NCBI RefSeq assembly: GCF_023150065.1
Contig: NZ_JAKLLN010000003.1
Location: 50,142-114,141 of the forward strand
Origin: Zoogloea sp.
Lineage (GTDB): Bacteria; Pseudomonadota; Gammaproteobacteria; Burkholderiales; Rhodocyclaceae
Direction: 5' to 3'
Length of the DNA: 64,000 nucleotides
A program made the position numbers and the translations under genes. This document shows positions 49,059-59,241 of this stretch, one piece after another. Every line of letters begins with the position of its first letter. The first letter of the stretch is position 1. The notes beneath the pieces are model-generated. The model was not told the DNA's origin. It searched no databases and saw nothing but the letters and a program-made list of their open reading frames with translations.

Positions 49059-50362
49059 GGTGCCGAGCCGCTGTCTGGTGAGGCCAGCACGCAGCGGTCA
49101 CGCCCACCGCCCTTGGCCTGGTAAAGAGCAACGTCCGCCTGGGCCAGGCTCCCCTCCAGATCACGCCCGGTCGCATCAGCGAGGCCAAAACTGACCGTCA
49201 CCGGCAGGGCGCTGCCATCGGGCAGGCGCGGAGGCGTCTCGGCCAGCCGCTGCCGCAGACGCCCGGTCAGACGCAGGGCCTCAGCCGGTGTGGTTTCCGG
49301 AAAGATGAAGGCGAACTCCTCGCCACCGTAACGCCCGACCCGGTCGGTCTGGCGGAGCGTCTCGGCCACCAGGCTGGCGAAACGCTGCAGCACATGGTCG
49401 CCCACCGCATGGCCAAAACGGTCATTCACCTGCTTGAAGTGATCGAGGTCGGCGATACCCACGGTGATGGGCCGGCCATACCGCAGGGCCCTGGCCATCT
49501 CCTCGGCCGCCTGCCCGAGAAAGTGGCGCCGGTTGGGCAGGCCGGTCAGGCCATCGGTGGTCGCCAGGCGCTCGAGCTTGAGCCGTACCTCTTCGTTCTC
49601 CCGCAGGGTGGCGTGAAAACGGACGATGGCCTCCTCGACCGCATGGATCTCGGCCATGGGAGCAGAGCTCAAATCAGGCAGCGGCCCCCGCGCATCCAGG
49701 CTGCTCAGCACGCGATGAATGCGCTGCAGCGGCTGAATGAGATAGCGCCGCAGAACGAACAGGGCGCTGGCCAGAAACACCCCCACCAGCACCAGATTGA
49801 GGACGAGCTTGTAGCGGGTCTGCTCCACGGCTTCGGACATCCGGTCAAGCTCGGCGCTGACCCGCTGCCCTCCCTCCACCGACAGATCATCGGCAAGCAG
49901 GCGCAGGCGCGCGGAGATGGCCTCCCAGGCCTTGATGTCCACTGCACGGGGGTGCTGTGCCGACGGCTGGGCGAGAAAGCCCTCCACCTCCGCCGCCAGG
50001 GCTGCGGTGCGGGGGTCTTCCCCCATGCTCGGGTGGGCTGCCAGGACTCGGACCAGGAACAGCGCGTCGTTCCGGGCAGCCGCATCGGGGGCCGTCAGCA
50101 CCCGCTGCCCGCCGAGACGGAGCTCCTCCAGATTGCGCGCCAGACGCTGGCGCTCGAGGGTCCAGGGAACCGTCTCGTCATGCAGGCGAACCGCCACATC
50201 GGTCACCAGGCGCTGATCCACCGCCAGCAGCAGCACCAGGCTGAGAGCGACCAGGGCAAAAACACTCCCCAGCACCGCCAGTACGGTTCCCGCCGGCCAG
50301 CGCCTGACGGCGTCAGCCGCCAGGATATATCGCCCTGCCGATCGCTGGTCGTCCTTGCTCAC
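49049..50362 (-). CDS. Membrane-bound diguanylate cyclase
   Basis: Two TM segments around a periplasmic region; DGLTGLPNRR, DLDHFKQVND, I-site RQTD, GGEEF. Confidence 0.92.
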   Translation of the reverse strand: MSKDDQRSAGRYILAADAVRRWPAGTVLAVLGSVFALVALSLVLLLAVDQRLVTDVAVRLHDETVPWTLERQRLARNLEELRLGGQRVLTAPDAAARNDALFLVRVLAAHPSMGEDPRTAALAAEVEGFLAQPSAQHPRAVDIKAWEAISARLRLLADDLSVEGGQRVSAELDRMSEAVEQTRYKLVLNLVLVGVFLASALFVLRRYLIQPLQRIHRVLSSLDARGPLPDLSSAPMAEIHAVEEAIVRFHATLRENEEVRLKLERLATTDGLTGLPNRRHFLGQAAEEMARALRYGRPITVGIADLDHFKQVNDRFGHAVGDHVLQRFASLVAETLRQTDRVGRYGGEEFAFIFPETTPAEALRLTGRLRQRLAETPPRLPDGSALPVTVSFGLADATGRDLEGSLAQADVALYQAKGGGRDRCVLASPDSGSAPQP

Positions 50363-51090
50363 TGCAGGCGAAAGGGGATGAACCGGCTGTTGATGCGGTC
50401 GAACCGGCCATCGCGCTTGATCCGGTCAATGGCGTCATTGAGCCGGGCACGCAGTTCGGGCATGCGGGGGTTGATACCCAGACATACATCGCCGGCCAGC
50501 TGGGGATCCCTCAAGAGGGTGGGGGCAAACCCCAGCGGGTTGATGCGCGGATCCTGCTGCAAGGCAACTGCGGTTGCCATGGGCAACAGCGCTGCATCGA
50601 CCGTACTGGCCAGCAGGGCCGTGGCGATCTCGTCATGGCTCCCGAACTGGACGGCTTTCCAGCCCTGGGCCTGGGCATGGCGCGCCTGCACGCCCCCCCG
50701 CACGACCCCGGCTCGCCCCTCTCCGGGTGCGATACCCGGCCGGGCAAACCACACGCTGATCGAGCGGTAGTAGGGCTTGCTCATGAGCACCCGGGCCCGT
50801 CGTTCCGGGGTGGCCAGCAGGCTGACCGCGGCAAAGTCGAACTCTCCGGCGGCCACCGCATCCACCACCCGCTCAAGGGTTACGGGCACCGGCTCGCACT
50901 TCACCCCCATCGCGTCGCACAGGGCATACATGATTTCCACATTGAACCCCGTCAGCACCCCGGCTTCGTCCGTGTAGGACATGGGCGGCGAATGATTGAG
51001 CACAGCCACCCTCAGAGCTTTCTCTGCAGCCAGCCCGGGAAGACAGCATGCAAGCAGCGCCAGTGCCACGACGAAGCGGGGAAAATTCAT
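50359..51090 (-). CDS. Periplasmic solute-binding protein, family 3
   Basis: Signal peptide; PPMSYTDEAGVLTGFNVEI, TPERRARVLMSKPYY; GTGA overlap with the cyclase. Confidence 0.88.
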   Translation of the reverse strand: MNFPRFVVALALLACCLPGLAAEKALRVAVLNHSPPMSYTDEAGVLTGFNVEIMYALCDAMGVKCEPVPVTLERVVDAVAAGEFDFAAVSLLATPERRARVLMSKPYYRSISVWFARPGIAPGEGRAGVVRGGVQARHAQAQGWKAVQFGSHDEIATALLASTVDAALLPMATAVALQQDPRINPLGFAPTLLRDPQLAGDVCLGINPRMPELRARLNDAIDRIKRDGRFDRINSRFIPFRLQ

Positions 51091-51200
51091 CTTTTACGTT
51101 ACGGAATTCCAGATACTGCCGAATTCCGCGATTTTACCCTCCCCCCGGACAGAGTGAAGCACCCATCGCCGCGGGCCGACATTCCGCCCCCGGGGACCCC

Positions 51201-51230
51201 AAAAAAAAAGGGCCGTCCAAGGACGACCCC
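51201..51230 (-). terminator. Terminator after pccA
   Basis: Minus strand GGGTCGTCC-TT-GGACGGCCC followed by nine T. Confidence 0.85.
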
Positions 51231-51334
51231 ACTCCCTCGACAGGAACCCGCCACACGGACGAGTCTCCCTCCCCATCGAACGAAACCTGTCGGCCACAGC
51301 CTGGCGGGAGTCGCCCGGCTGCGGCCCATGCTGA

Positions 51335-53347
51335 TTATTCGAACTCGATGATGATCTCGTCCACCGACAGGCTGCTGCCAGCAGTGGCAGTGATCTTCTT
51401 GACCTTGCAGTCCTGCTCGGCCTTGAGGATGTTCTCCATCTTCATGGCTTCGATGACGGCCAGCTTCTCACCGGCCTTCACGTCCTGCCCCACCTGGACC
51501 GACACCTCGCGGAGGAGGCCCGGCATCGGGGAGAGCAGGAACTTGGACAGATCGGGCGGCAGCTTCTCGGGCATGAGAGCCAGCAGCTCAGCGGCACGGG
51601 CGCTCATCACCATGAAGTCGGCACGGGTGCCCCAGTGGAACAGGCTGTACTTGGTCTTGTGGCGCTCCACCTGCAGGGTGAAGGGCTCGCCATTGACAGT
51701 GCCGTTGAACAGGGACTCGCCCAGCTTCCAGTCAGACTTGATCTCGTAGCTCTTGCCGGCGTACTCGACGTGGTAGCCACCGGCCACCGGACGGGCCACC
51801 ACCGGGTGGTGCTCGTTGCCTTCCTTGTTCAGGCGCACCACCATCCAGTGGTCGCCCACCAGGCGCTCGTGGCCCTGGAGCTGGCCGGAAATCGAGGCCG
51901 AACGGTCGGTGAAGGCACGGTAGACGTAGGCCGCCACGGAAACCAGCAGCGCCGGATCATCGTGAGGCACCATCGACGCATCGAAACCCGTCGGGTAGTA
52001 CTTGGGAATGAAACCGGTATCGAAGATGCCGGAATGGAAAACCGGGTGCTGCATCAGCGCGGCCTGGAACGGGATGTTCGAGGAGATGCCACGGATCACG
52101 AAGCCGTTGAGGGCGTCACGCATGCGGTCGATGGCCTGGGCGCGGGTCGGGGCGTGCACGATGAGCTTGGCGATCATCGAGTCGTAGAACATGGAGATCT
52201 CGCCACCGTCGTACACACCGGTATCGACGCGGGTGGTGCCCTTGTCGTCGGTGGTCTCCTTGGGCGGCAGGAACTTCACCAGCCGGCCGGTGGAGGGCAG
52301 GAAACCGCGGAACGGGTCTTCGGCGTTGATCCGGCATTCCATGGACCAGCCGTTGATCTTGACGTCGGCCTGGGCCAGAGGCAGCTTCTCGCCGTAGGCG
52401 ACACGGATCATCTGCTCGACCAGGTCGAGGCCGGTGATCAGCTCGGTGACGGGGTGCTCCACCTGGAGACGGGTGTTCATCTCGAGGAAGTAGAACTCCT
52501 TGGTCGCACCGGACACCACGAATTCAACGGTACCCGCGGATTCGTAGTTAACGGCACGGGCCAGGGCCACGGCCTGTTCGCCCATGGCCTTGCGCATCTC
52601 GGCGTCCACGAAGGGGCTCGGCGCCTCTTCGATGACCTTCTGGTGACGGCGCTGGATCGAGCAGTCACGTTCGTTGAGGTACACGTAGTTGCCGTGGCTG
52701 TCGCCCAGCACCTGGATCTCGATGTGACGCGGCTCGAGCACGTACTTCTCGATGAAGACGCGGTCGTCGCCGAAGGAGTTGCGGGCTTCATTGACGCAGG
52801 AGGAGAAGCCTTCGTGGGCTTCGGCGTCATTGTAGGCCACGCGCAGGCCCTTGCCGCCGCCGCCGGCGGAAGCCTTGATCATCACCGGGTAGCCGATCTT
52901 CTTGGCGATCTCGACGGCTTCATCCGGGCCGGCGATGGCGTCGTTGTAGCCGGGGATGGTGTTCACACCGGCGGCGATGGCGAGCTTCTTGGACTCGATC
53001 TTGTCGCCCATCTTGGCGATGGAGTAGTGCTTCGGGCCGATGAACTTGACGCCCTCTTCTTCCAGACGACGGGAGAACTCGGCGTTTTCGGACAGGAAGC
53101 CGTAACCCGGGTGAACGGCCTGAGCACCGGTCTGCTTGCAGGCAGCGATGATCTTGTCGGCGACCAGGTAGGATTCCTTGGAGGCCGCCGGGCCGATGCA
53201 CACGGCCTCGTCAGCCAGCTCGACGAACAGGGCGTCCTTGTCGGCCTCGGAGTACACGGCGACAGTGGCGATGCCCATCTTGCGGGCGGTCTTGATGACG
53301 CGGCAGGCAATCTCGCCGCGGTTTGCAATCAGGATCTTGGTAAACAT
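51335..53347 (-). CDS. pccA: Propionyl-CoA carboxylase alpha subunit
   Basis: KILIANRGEIA, HPGYGFLSEN, EMNTRLQVEHP, biotin site EAMKM. Confidence 0.95.
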   Translation of the reverse strand: MFTKILIANRGEIACRVIKTARKMGIATVAVYSEADKDALFVELADEAVCIGPAASKESYLVADKIIAACKQTGAQAVHPGYGFLSENAEFSRRLEEEGVKFIGPKHYSIAKMGDKIESKKLAIAAGVNTIPGYNDAIAGPDEAVEIAKKIGYPVMIKASAGGGGKGLRVAYNDAEAHEGFSSCVNEARNSFGDDRVFIEKYVLEPRHIEIQVLGDSHGNYVYLNERDCSIQRRHQKVIEEAPSPFVDAEMRKAMGEQAVALARAVNYESAGTVEFVVSGATKEFYFLEMNTRLQVEHPVTELITGLDLVEQMIRVAYGEKLPLAQADVKINGWSMECRINAEDPFRGFLPSTGRLVKFLPPKETTDDKGTTRVDTGVYDGGEISMFYDSMIAKLIVHAPTRAQAIDRMRDALNGFVIRGISSNIPFQAALMQHPVFHSGIFDTGFIPKYYPTGFDASMVPHDDPALLVSVAAYVYRAFTDRSASISGQLQGHERLVGDHWMVVRLNKEGNEHHPVVARPVAGGYHVEYAGKSYEIKSDWKLGESLFNGTVNGEPFTLQVERHKTKYSLFHWGTRADFMVMSARAAELLALMPEKLPPDLSKFLLSPMPGLLREVSVQVGQDVKAGEKLAVIEAMKMENILKAEQDCKVKKITATAGSSLSVDEIIIEFE

Positions 53348-53366
53348 GTCTTGGCGTCCTCGGCGA

Positions 53367-54902
53367 TCACAGCGGAATGTTGCCGTGCTTGCGCCACGGG
53401 TTGTCGAGCTGCTTGTCCTTGAGCATGGCCAGGGAACGGGCGATGCGCTTGCGGGTGGCGTGGGGCATGATCACGTCATCGATGAAGCCCCGGGCGCCGG
53501 CCACGAAGGGATTGGCAAACTTGGCCTTGTACTCGGCTTCGCGCTCGGCCAGCTTGGCCGGGTCGTTCTTTTCTTCGCGGAAGATGATCTCCACGGCGCC
53601 CTTCGGGCCCATCACGGCGATCTCGGCGGACGGCCAGGCGAGGTTCACGTCGCCACGCAGGTGCTTGGAGGACATCACGTCATACGCGCCGCCATAGGCC
53701 TTGCGGGTGATCACGGTGACCTTGGGCACGGTGCACTCGGCGTAGGCATAGAGCAGCTTGGCGCCATGCTTGATGATGCCGCCGTATTCCTGGGTGGTGC
53801 CGGGCATGAAGCCGGGCACGTCCACGAACGTGACAACCGGGATGTTGAAGGCGTCGCAGAAACGCACGAAGCGCGCGGCCTTGATCGAGGACTTGATGTC
53901 CAGGCAGCCGGCCAGCACCAGGGGCTGGTTGGCGACGATGCCCACCGGGCTGCCGTCAATACGACCAAAGCCGATGATGATGTTCTTGGCGTAGTCGGGC
54001 TGGAGCTCGAAGAAATCGCTGTCGTCCACAACCTTGACGATCAGCTCCTTCATGTCATACGGCTTGTTGGCGTTGTCCGGGACCAGCGTGTCCAGAGAGT
54101 AGTCGAAGCGGTCGGCCGGATCGTTGGTCGGCGTGACGGGCGGCTGCTCCCGGTTGTTGGCCGGCAGGAAGTTCATGAAGCGGCGCAGCATGGACAGCGC
54201 TTCCACGTCGTTCTCGAAGGCCAGGTCGGCCACGCCGGACTTGCTGGTATGGGTGACGGCGCCGCCCAGTTCCTCGGCGGTCACATCCTCGTGGGTCACG
54301 GTCTTCACGACTTCCGGACCGGTCACGAACATGTAGGAGGAGTCCTTCACCATGAAGATGAAGTCGGTCATGGACGGGGAGTACACCGCGCCACCGGCAC
54401 AGGGGCCCATGATCATGGAGATCTGCGGCACAACGCCGGAGGCCATCACATTGCGCTGGAACACGTCGGCGTAACCACCGAGGGAGGCCACGCCTTCCTG
54501 GATGCGGGCGCCGCCCGAATCGTTGAGGCCGATCACCGGGGCACCGACCTTCATGGCCTGATCCATGACCTTGCAGATCTTCTCGGCGTGGGTCTCGGAC
54601 AGGGAGCCACCGAACACGGTGAAGTCCTGGGAGAACACGAAGACCAGGCGGCCATTGATGGTGCCATAGCCGACCACAACACCGTCACCCGGGGTCTTTT
54701 CGGCTTCGTTCATGCCGAAATCGACGCAACGGTGCTCCTTGAACATGTCCCATTCTTCGAAGGAATCGGGGTCGAGCAGCAGCTCGATACGTTCACGGGC
54801 CGTCAGCTTGCCCTTCTTGTGCTGGCTGTCGATACGCTTCTGACCGCCACCCAGGCGGGCCGCTTCGCGCTTCTTTTCCAGCTGGTGGATGATGTCGTGC
54901 AT
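53367..54902 (-). CDS. pccB: Propionyl-CoA carboxylase beta subunit
   Basis: [43 protein letters not shown]. Confidence 0.95.
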   Translation of the reverse strand: MHDIIHQLEKKREAARLGGGQKRIDSQHKKGKLTARERIELLLDPDSFEEWDMFKEHRCVDFGMNEAEKTPGDGVVVGYGTINGRLVFVFSQDFTVFGGSLSETHAEKICKVMDQAMKVGAPVIGLNDSGGARIQEGVASLGGYADVFQRNVMASGVVPQISMIMGPCAGGAVYSPSMTDFIFMVKDSSYMFVTGPEVVKTVTHEDVTAEELGGAVTHTSKSGVADLAFENDVEALSMLRRFMNFLPANNREQPPVTPTNDPADRFDYSLDTLVPDNANKPYDMKELIVKVVDDSDFFELQPDYAKNIIIGFGRIDGSPVGIVANQPLVLAGCLDIKSSIKAARFVRFCDAFNIPVVTFVDVPGFMPGTTQEYGGIIKHGAKLLYAYAECTVPKVTVITRKAYGGAYDVMSSKHLRGDVNLAWPSAEIAVMGPKGAVEIIFREEKNDPAKLAEREAEYKAKFANPFVAGARGFIDDVIMPHATRKRIARSLAMLKDKQLDNPWRKHGNIPL

Positions 54903-54946
54903 TTACAACCTCCAGTCAATGATCCTGTTGTATGTCGTTTTTTTGT

Positions 54947-55945
54947 TCAGCCCAGATAGCCCAGCAGCCGCAGGGCTGCGGCGGAGGGCGTGGTCTGTCC
55001 GGCCTCGACGGCCGCCTGCAGACCGGGCAGATCCTGCTGTACCCGGGCGTGACCTGCAAACCGGGCCCGCAGGCCCTGGTCGATCAGTTCCCACATCCAG
55101 GCCTGTGCCTGGTGACGGCGGCGGGCGTCGAATTCACCGCTCTGCTGCATCGCGGAACGGTAATCCCCGATGGTATTCCAGAACTCGGCAATCCCCTGCT
55201 TTTGCAAGGCCGACATCATCAACACCGGCGGCGTCCAGTTGGGCGAGGCATGACGCAGCATGCCCAGCGCACTCTTGATCTGCGAGCGGGCCACATTGGC
55301 AGACTGGGGGTGGATGTCGGCCTTGTTGATGACGATCAGGTCGGCGATCTCCATGATCCCCTTCTTGATCGCCTGCAGGTCGTCGCCGGCATTGGGCAGC
55401 TGGAGCAGGCAGAAGATGTCGGTCATGCCGGCCACGGCGGTCTCCGACTGCCCCACGCCCACCGTCTCGATGATGATCACGTCGAAGCCGGAGGCCTCGC
55501 ACACCAGCATGGCTTCGCGGGTCTTCTCGGCCACGCCCCCCAGGCTGCCGGCGGACGGGCTGGGGCGGATGAAGGCCTCGGGCCGCTGGGACAGCAGCTC
55601 CATGCGGGTCTTGTCCCCCAGGATGGACCCGCCGGTGACGCTGGATGAGGGATCGACAGCGAGCACGGCCACCCGGTGGCCCTGCTCGATGAGGTACAGA
55701 CCGAGCGCTTCGATGAAGGTGGACTTGCCCACCCCCGGCACTCCGGAAATCCCAACCCGCATGGATTTGCCGGTATGCGGCAGCAGGCCTTCGAGCACAT
55801 TGCGCGCACGCTGCTTGTGATCCGACCGCTGGGATTCGATCAGGGTGATCGTCTTGGCAAGCGGACGCAGCTGATGCGCCAGCACGCCGTCGACCAAGGC
55901 CTGGTCGGCGGCGTCCCGTTGCGGAAGATCGGCGGGCATGTTCAT
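54947..55945 (-). CDS. meaB: Methylmalonyl-CoA mutase GTPase chaperone
   Basis: GISGVPGVGKST, VDPSS..GGSILGDKTRM, ETVGVGQSE, NKAD. Confidence 0.95.
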   Translation of the reverse strand: MNMPADLPQRDAADQALVDGVLAHQLRPLAKTITLIESQRSDHKQRARNVLEGLLPHTGKSMRVGISGVPGVGKSTFIEALGLYLIEQGHRVAVLAVDPSSSVTGGSILGDKTRMELLSQRPEAFIRPSPSAGSLGGVAEKTREAMLVCEASGFDVIIIETVGVGQSETAVAGMTDIFCLLQLPNAGDDLQAIKKGIMEIADLIVINKADIHPQSANVARSQIKSALGMLRHASPNWTPPVLMMSALQKQGIAEFWNTIGDYRSAMQQSGEFDARRRHQAQAWMWELIDQGLRARFAGHARVQQDLPGLQAAVEAGQTTPSAAALRLLGYLG

Positions 55946-56006
55946 GGGCTCAATCGTGGCCGGCGCGCAGGCCAGGCCGGCGCGCCGTAGGTCGGGTGAG
56001 GACGGA

Positions 56007-58169
56007 TCAGGCCTTGCGGGCGGCCCGGATCTGCTTGAGCACTTCCCGGGCCGAGGTCTGGATCGGCGTGCCCGGCCCGAAGATGCCCTTGGCACCGGCG
56101 GCGTAGAGCGCGTCGTAGTCCTGGGCCGGGATCACGCCACCCACGAAGGTGATGATGTCATCGGCACCCTGGGCCTTGAGGGCGTTGATGATGGCCGGTA
56201 CGAGGGTCTTGTGACCGGCGGCGAGGCTGGAACAGCCCACGGCATGCACGTCGTTCTCAATGGCGTGGCGGGCAGCCTCTTCCGGCGTCTGGAAGAGGGG
56301 GCCGATGTCGATGTCGAAGCCCAGGTCGGCGAAGGCCGAGGCCACCACCTTGGAGCCGCGGTCATGACCGTCCTGACCGAGCTTGGCGATCATGATGCGG
56401 GGGCGGCGGCCTTCCTCGGCCACGAAGGCCTCGATGTCGGACTTCAGGGACTTCCAGTCGTCGTCGCCTTCGACCACGGCGTTGTAGATGCCGGTGACGG
56501 CCTGGGGATTGGCACGGTAGCGGCCGAACACGACTTCCAGCGCATCGGAGATCTCGCCCACGGTGGCGCGCAGGCGCACGGCCTTCACGGCCAGGTCAAG
56601 CAGGTTGCCTTCACCGGTCTTGGCGGCGTCGGTCAGGGCTGCCAGGGCGGCGGTCACGGCGGCGCTGTCACGAGTGGCGCGGATCTGGGCCAGGCGGGCG
56701 ACCTGGGCATCACGCACGGCGTGGTTGTCGATGTCGAGGATCTCGATCGGGTCTTCCTTGGCGAGCTTGTACTTGTTCACGCCAACGATCACGTCCTTGC
56801 CGGAGTCGATGCGGGCCTGCTTGTCGGCGGCGCATTCCTCGACCTTCATCTTGGCCCAGCCGGACTCGACCGCCTTGGTCATGCCGCCCATGGCCTCGAT
56901 CTCCTCGATCAGGGCCCAGGCCTTGTCGGCCATGTCCTGGGTGAGCTTTTCCATCATGTAGGAGCCGGCCCACGGATCGACGACGCTGGTAATGTGGGTT
57001 TCTTCCTGGATGATGATCTGGGTGTTACGGGCGATGCGCGCCGAAAACTCGGTGGGCAGCGCGATGGCTTCGTCCAGCGCGTTGGTGTGCAGGGACTGGG
57101 TGCCGCCGAACACGGCCGCCATGGCTTCGATGGTGGTGCGCACCACGTTGTTGTACGGGTCTTGCTCGGTGAGCGACCAGCCGGAGGTCTGGCTGTGGGT
57201 GCGCAGCATCATGGACTTCTGGCTCTTCGGCTCGAACTGCTTCATCAGGCGCCACCACAGCATGCGCGCGGCGCGCATCTTGGCGATCTCCAGGTAGAAG
57301 TTCATGCCCACCGCCCAGAAGAAGGACAGACGGCCCGCGAAGGTGTCCACGTCCATGCCCGACTTGATGCCGGTGCGCACGTATTCCACACCGTCGGCCA
57401 GGGTGAAGGCCAGCTCGATGGCCTGGTTCGCACCCGCTTCCTGGATGTGATAACCCGAAATCGAGATCGAGTTGAACTTCGGCATGTGGGTCGACGTGTA
57501 ATTGAAGATATCAGCGATGATCTTCATCGACGGCGTCGGCGGGTAGATGTAGGTGTTGCGGACCATGAACTCCTTGAGGATGTCGTTCTGGATGGTCCCG
57601 GACAGCTTGTCCTGCGACACGCCCTGCTCTTCGGCGGCGACGATGTAGCCGGCGAGGATGGGCAGCACGGCGCCGTTCATGGTCATGGAGACCGACACCT
57701 TGTCGAGGGGGATCTCGTTGAAGAGGATCTTCATGTCCTCGACGGAGTCGATGGCCACGCCGGCCTTGCCCACGTCACCCACCACACGGGGGTTGTCGGA
57801 ATCGTAGCCCCGGTGGGTGGCCAGATCGAAGGCCACCGACACGCCCTGGCCGCCGGCGGCCAGCGCCTTGCGGTAGAAGGCGTTGGAGGCCTCGGCGGTG
57901 GAGAAGCCGGCGTACTGGCGGATGGTCCACGGGCGGGCCGCGTACATGGTGGCCTGGGGGCCGCGCAGGAAGGGCTCGAAGCCCGGCAGGGTGTTGGAAT
58001 ACTTGAGGCCTTCCAGATCAGCCGCGGTATACAGAGGCTTGACCGTGATGCCCTCGGGTGTCACCCAGTTCAGCTTGGCGACATCGCCTCCGGGGGCCGA
58101 CTTGCCGGCGGCCTTGTTCCAGGCGGCCAGGTCGGGTTGGGGAAAGGTCGGTTCGGTCTTGTTCGCCAT
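56007..58169 (-). CDS. scpA: B12-dependent methylmalonyl-CoA mutase
   Basis: [27 protein letters not shown]12 motif QDGHDRG. Confidence 0.96.
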   Translation of the reverse strand: MANKTEPTFPQPDLAAWNKAAGKSAPGGDVAKLNWVTPEGITVKPLYTAADLEGLKYSNTLPGFEPFLRGPQATMYAARPWTIRQYAGFSTAEASNAFYRKALAAGGQGVSVAFDLATHRGYDSDNPRVVGDVGKAGVAIDSVEDMKILFNEIPLDKVSVSMTMNGAVLPILAGYIVAAEEQGVSQDKLSGTIQNDILKEFMVRNTYIYPPTPSMKIIADIFNYTSTHMPKFNSISISGYHIQEAGANQAIELAFTLADGVEYVRTGIKSGMDVDTFAGRLSFFWAVGMNFYLEIAKMRAARMLWWRLMKQFEPKSQKSMMLRTHSQTSGWSLTEQDPYNNVVRTTIEAMAAVFGGTQSLHTNALDEAIALPTEFSARIARNTQIIIQEETHITSVVDPWAGSYMMEKLTQDMADKAWALIEEIEAMGGMTKAVESGWAKMKVEECAADKQARIDSGKDVIVGVNKYKLAKEDPIEILDIDNHAVRDAQVARLAQIRATRDSAAVTAALAALTDAAKTGEGNLLDLAVKAVRLRATVGEISDALEVVFGRYRANPQAVTGIYNAVVEGDDDWKSLKSDIEAFVAEEGRRPRIMIAKLGQDGHDRGSKVVASAFADLGFDIDIGPLFQTPEEAARHAIENDVHAVGCSSLAAGHKTLVPAIINALKAQGADDIITFVGGVIPAQDYDALYAAGAKGIFGPGTPIQTSAREVLKQIRAARKA

Positions 58170-58364
58170 GGCTTTTCTACCCTCACGTAGCGTGGGCCGC
58201 TCGGCAGCCCTTGGTAATTAGTGACGCCAGTACCGGCCGTGACCCCTGGTCACGGCCGGCTGCCGTGCCCCGCGCAGGGCAGTTTTCTCCCTCCCTCTAT
58301 TTTTTGTGGTCTGACGACTATCTTGCCGCCTGACCGACACAAGGGTTACATCCTGCGCAGGAAC

Positions 58365-58413
58365 TTGACTTGCTATCTTGTAGATAATACTTTATCCATA
58401 ATTATGGATGCAA
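58365..58413. promoter_or_regulatory. Divergent promoters and palindromic GntR operator
   Basis: Plus TTGACT-N17-TACTTT (58365-58393); minus TTGCAT-N18-TATTAT (58413-58384); perfect palindrome ATCCATAATTATGGAT (58394-58409). Confidence 0.75.
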
Positions 58414-58454
58414 CAGCTGAAGACAACACTTTTTCGACCTTGTCACTTAAAACC

Positions 58455-59126
58455 ATGAACGCAGGCCGGATCGCCCCTCTCGCCCTCTATCAGGAAGTCG
58501 CGGAACGCCTGCGTCAGCGCATCTTTTCCCATGAACTGCCCCCGGGCACCTGGGTGGATGAGCAGGCCCTGGCCACCCAGTACGGCATCTCCCGCACGCC
58601 CCTGCGGGAAGCCCTGAAGGTGCTCGCGGCCGAAGGCCTGGTCACCCTCAAACCTCGGCGGGGTTGCTACGTCACCGAAATCTCCGAGCGCGATCTGGAC
58701 GAGATCTTCACGGTCATGGCCCTGCTCGAAGGCCAATGCGCTGCAGACACAGCCCGCAAGGCCAGCGACGCCGACCTGAAGCGCCTGCTCGACATCCACG
58801 CAGAGCTCGAACAGGCCACCCGGACCAGCGACATCGACGGCTTCTTCGAGGCCAACCAGGCCTTCCACCAGGAAGTCCAGCTGATCGCCGACAACCGCTG
58901 GCTGACCCAGGCCATCACCGATCTGCGCAAGGTCATCAAGCTGTCACGGCACCACTCCCTGTTCATCGATGGACGCATCGAGCAGTCCCTCGCCGAACAC
59001 CGGCTGATCCTCGACGCCCTCGGTCGCCGCGACGTGAGCGCCACTGAACTCGCCATGCGCGAGCACATCTCCAGCGGCCGCCGCGCCCTGGCCAAGATCG
59101 CGGCCAAGCGCGAAGCCACCGCCTGA
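58455..59126 (+). CDS. GntR (FCD) regulator of the propionate operon
   Basis: LYQEVAERLRQRI, YGISRTPLREAL, NQAFH; alternative start 58404. Confidence 0.92.
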   Translation: MNAGRIAPLALYQEVAERLRQRIFSHELPPGTWVDEQALATQYGISRTPLREALKVLAAEGLVTLKPRRGCYVTEISERDLDEIFTVMALLEGQCAADTARKASDADLKRLLDIHAELEQATRTSDIDGFFEANQAFHQEVQLIADNRWLTQAITDLRKVIKLSRHHSLFIDGRIEQSLAEHRLILDALGRRDVSATELAMREHISSGRRALAKIAAKREATA

Positions 59127-59167
59127 GACAAACCACGCCGGCAACTGCGGCACGCCGGCGGCACCCA

Positions 59168-59207
59168 ACAAAAACCCCCGATCGGGCCAGCCCGTCGGGG
59201 GTTTTGT
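59168..59207. terminator. Bidirectional terminator between gntR and actP
   Basis: AAAACCCCCGA...TCGGGGGTTTT, A-run and T-run flanks. Confidence 0.8.
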
Positions 59208-59241
59208 CATTCATCCCGCGCCCTTGCGGGCGCTACGGACA

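Noticed and set aside
58170-58380. Cobalamin riboswitch before the mutase
   Set aside because: Conserved B12-box elements are absent.
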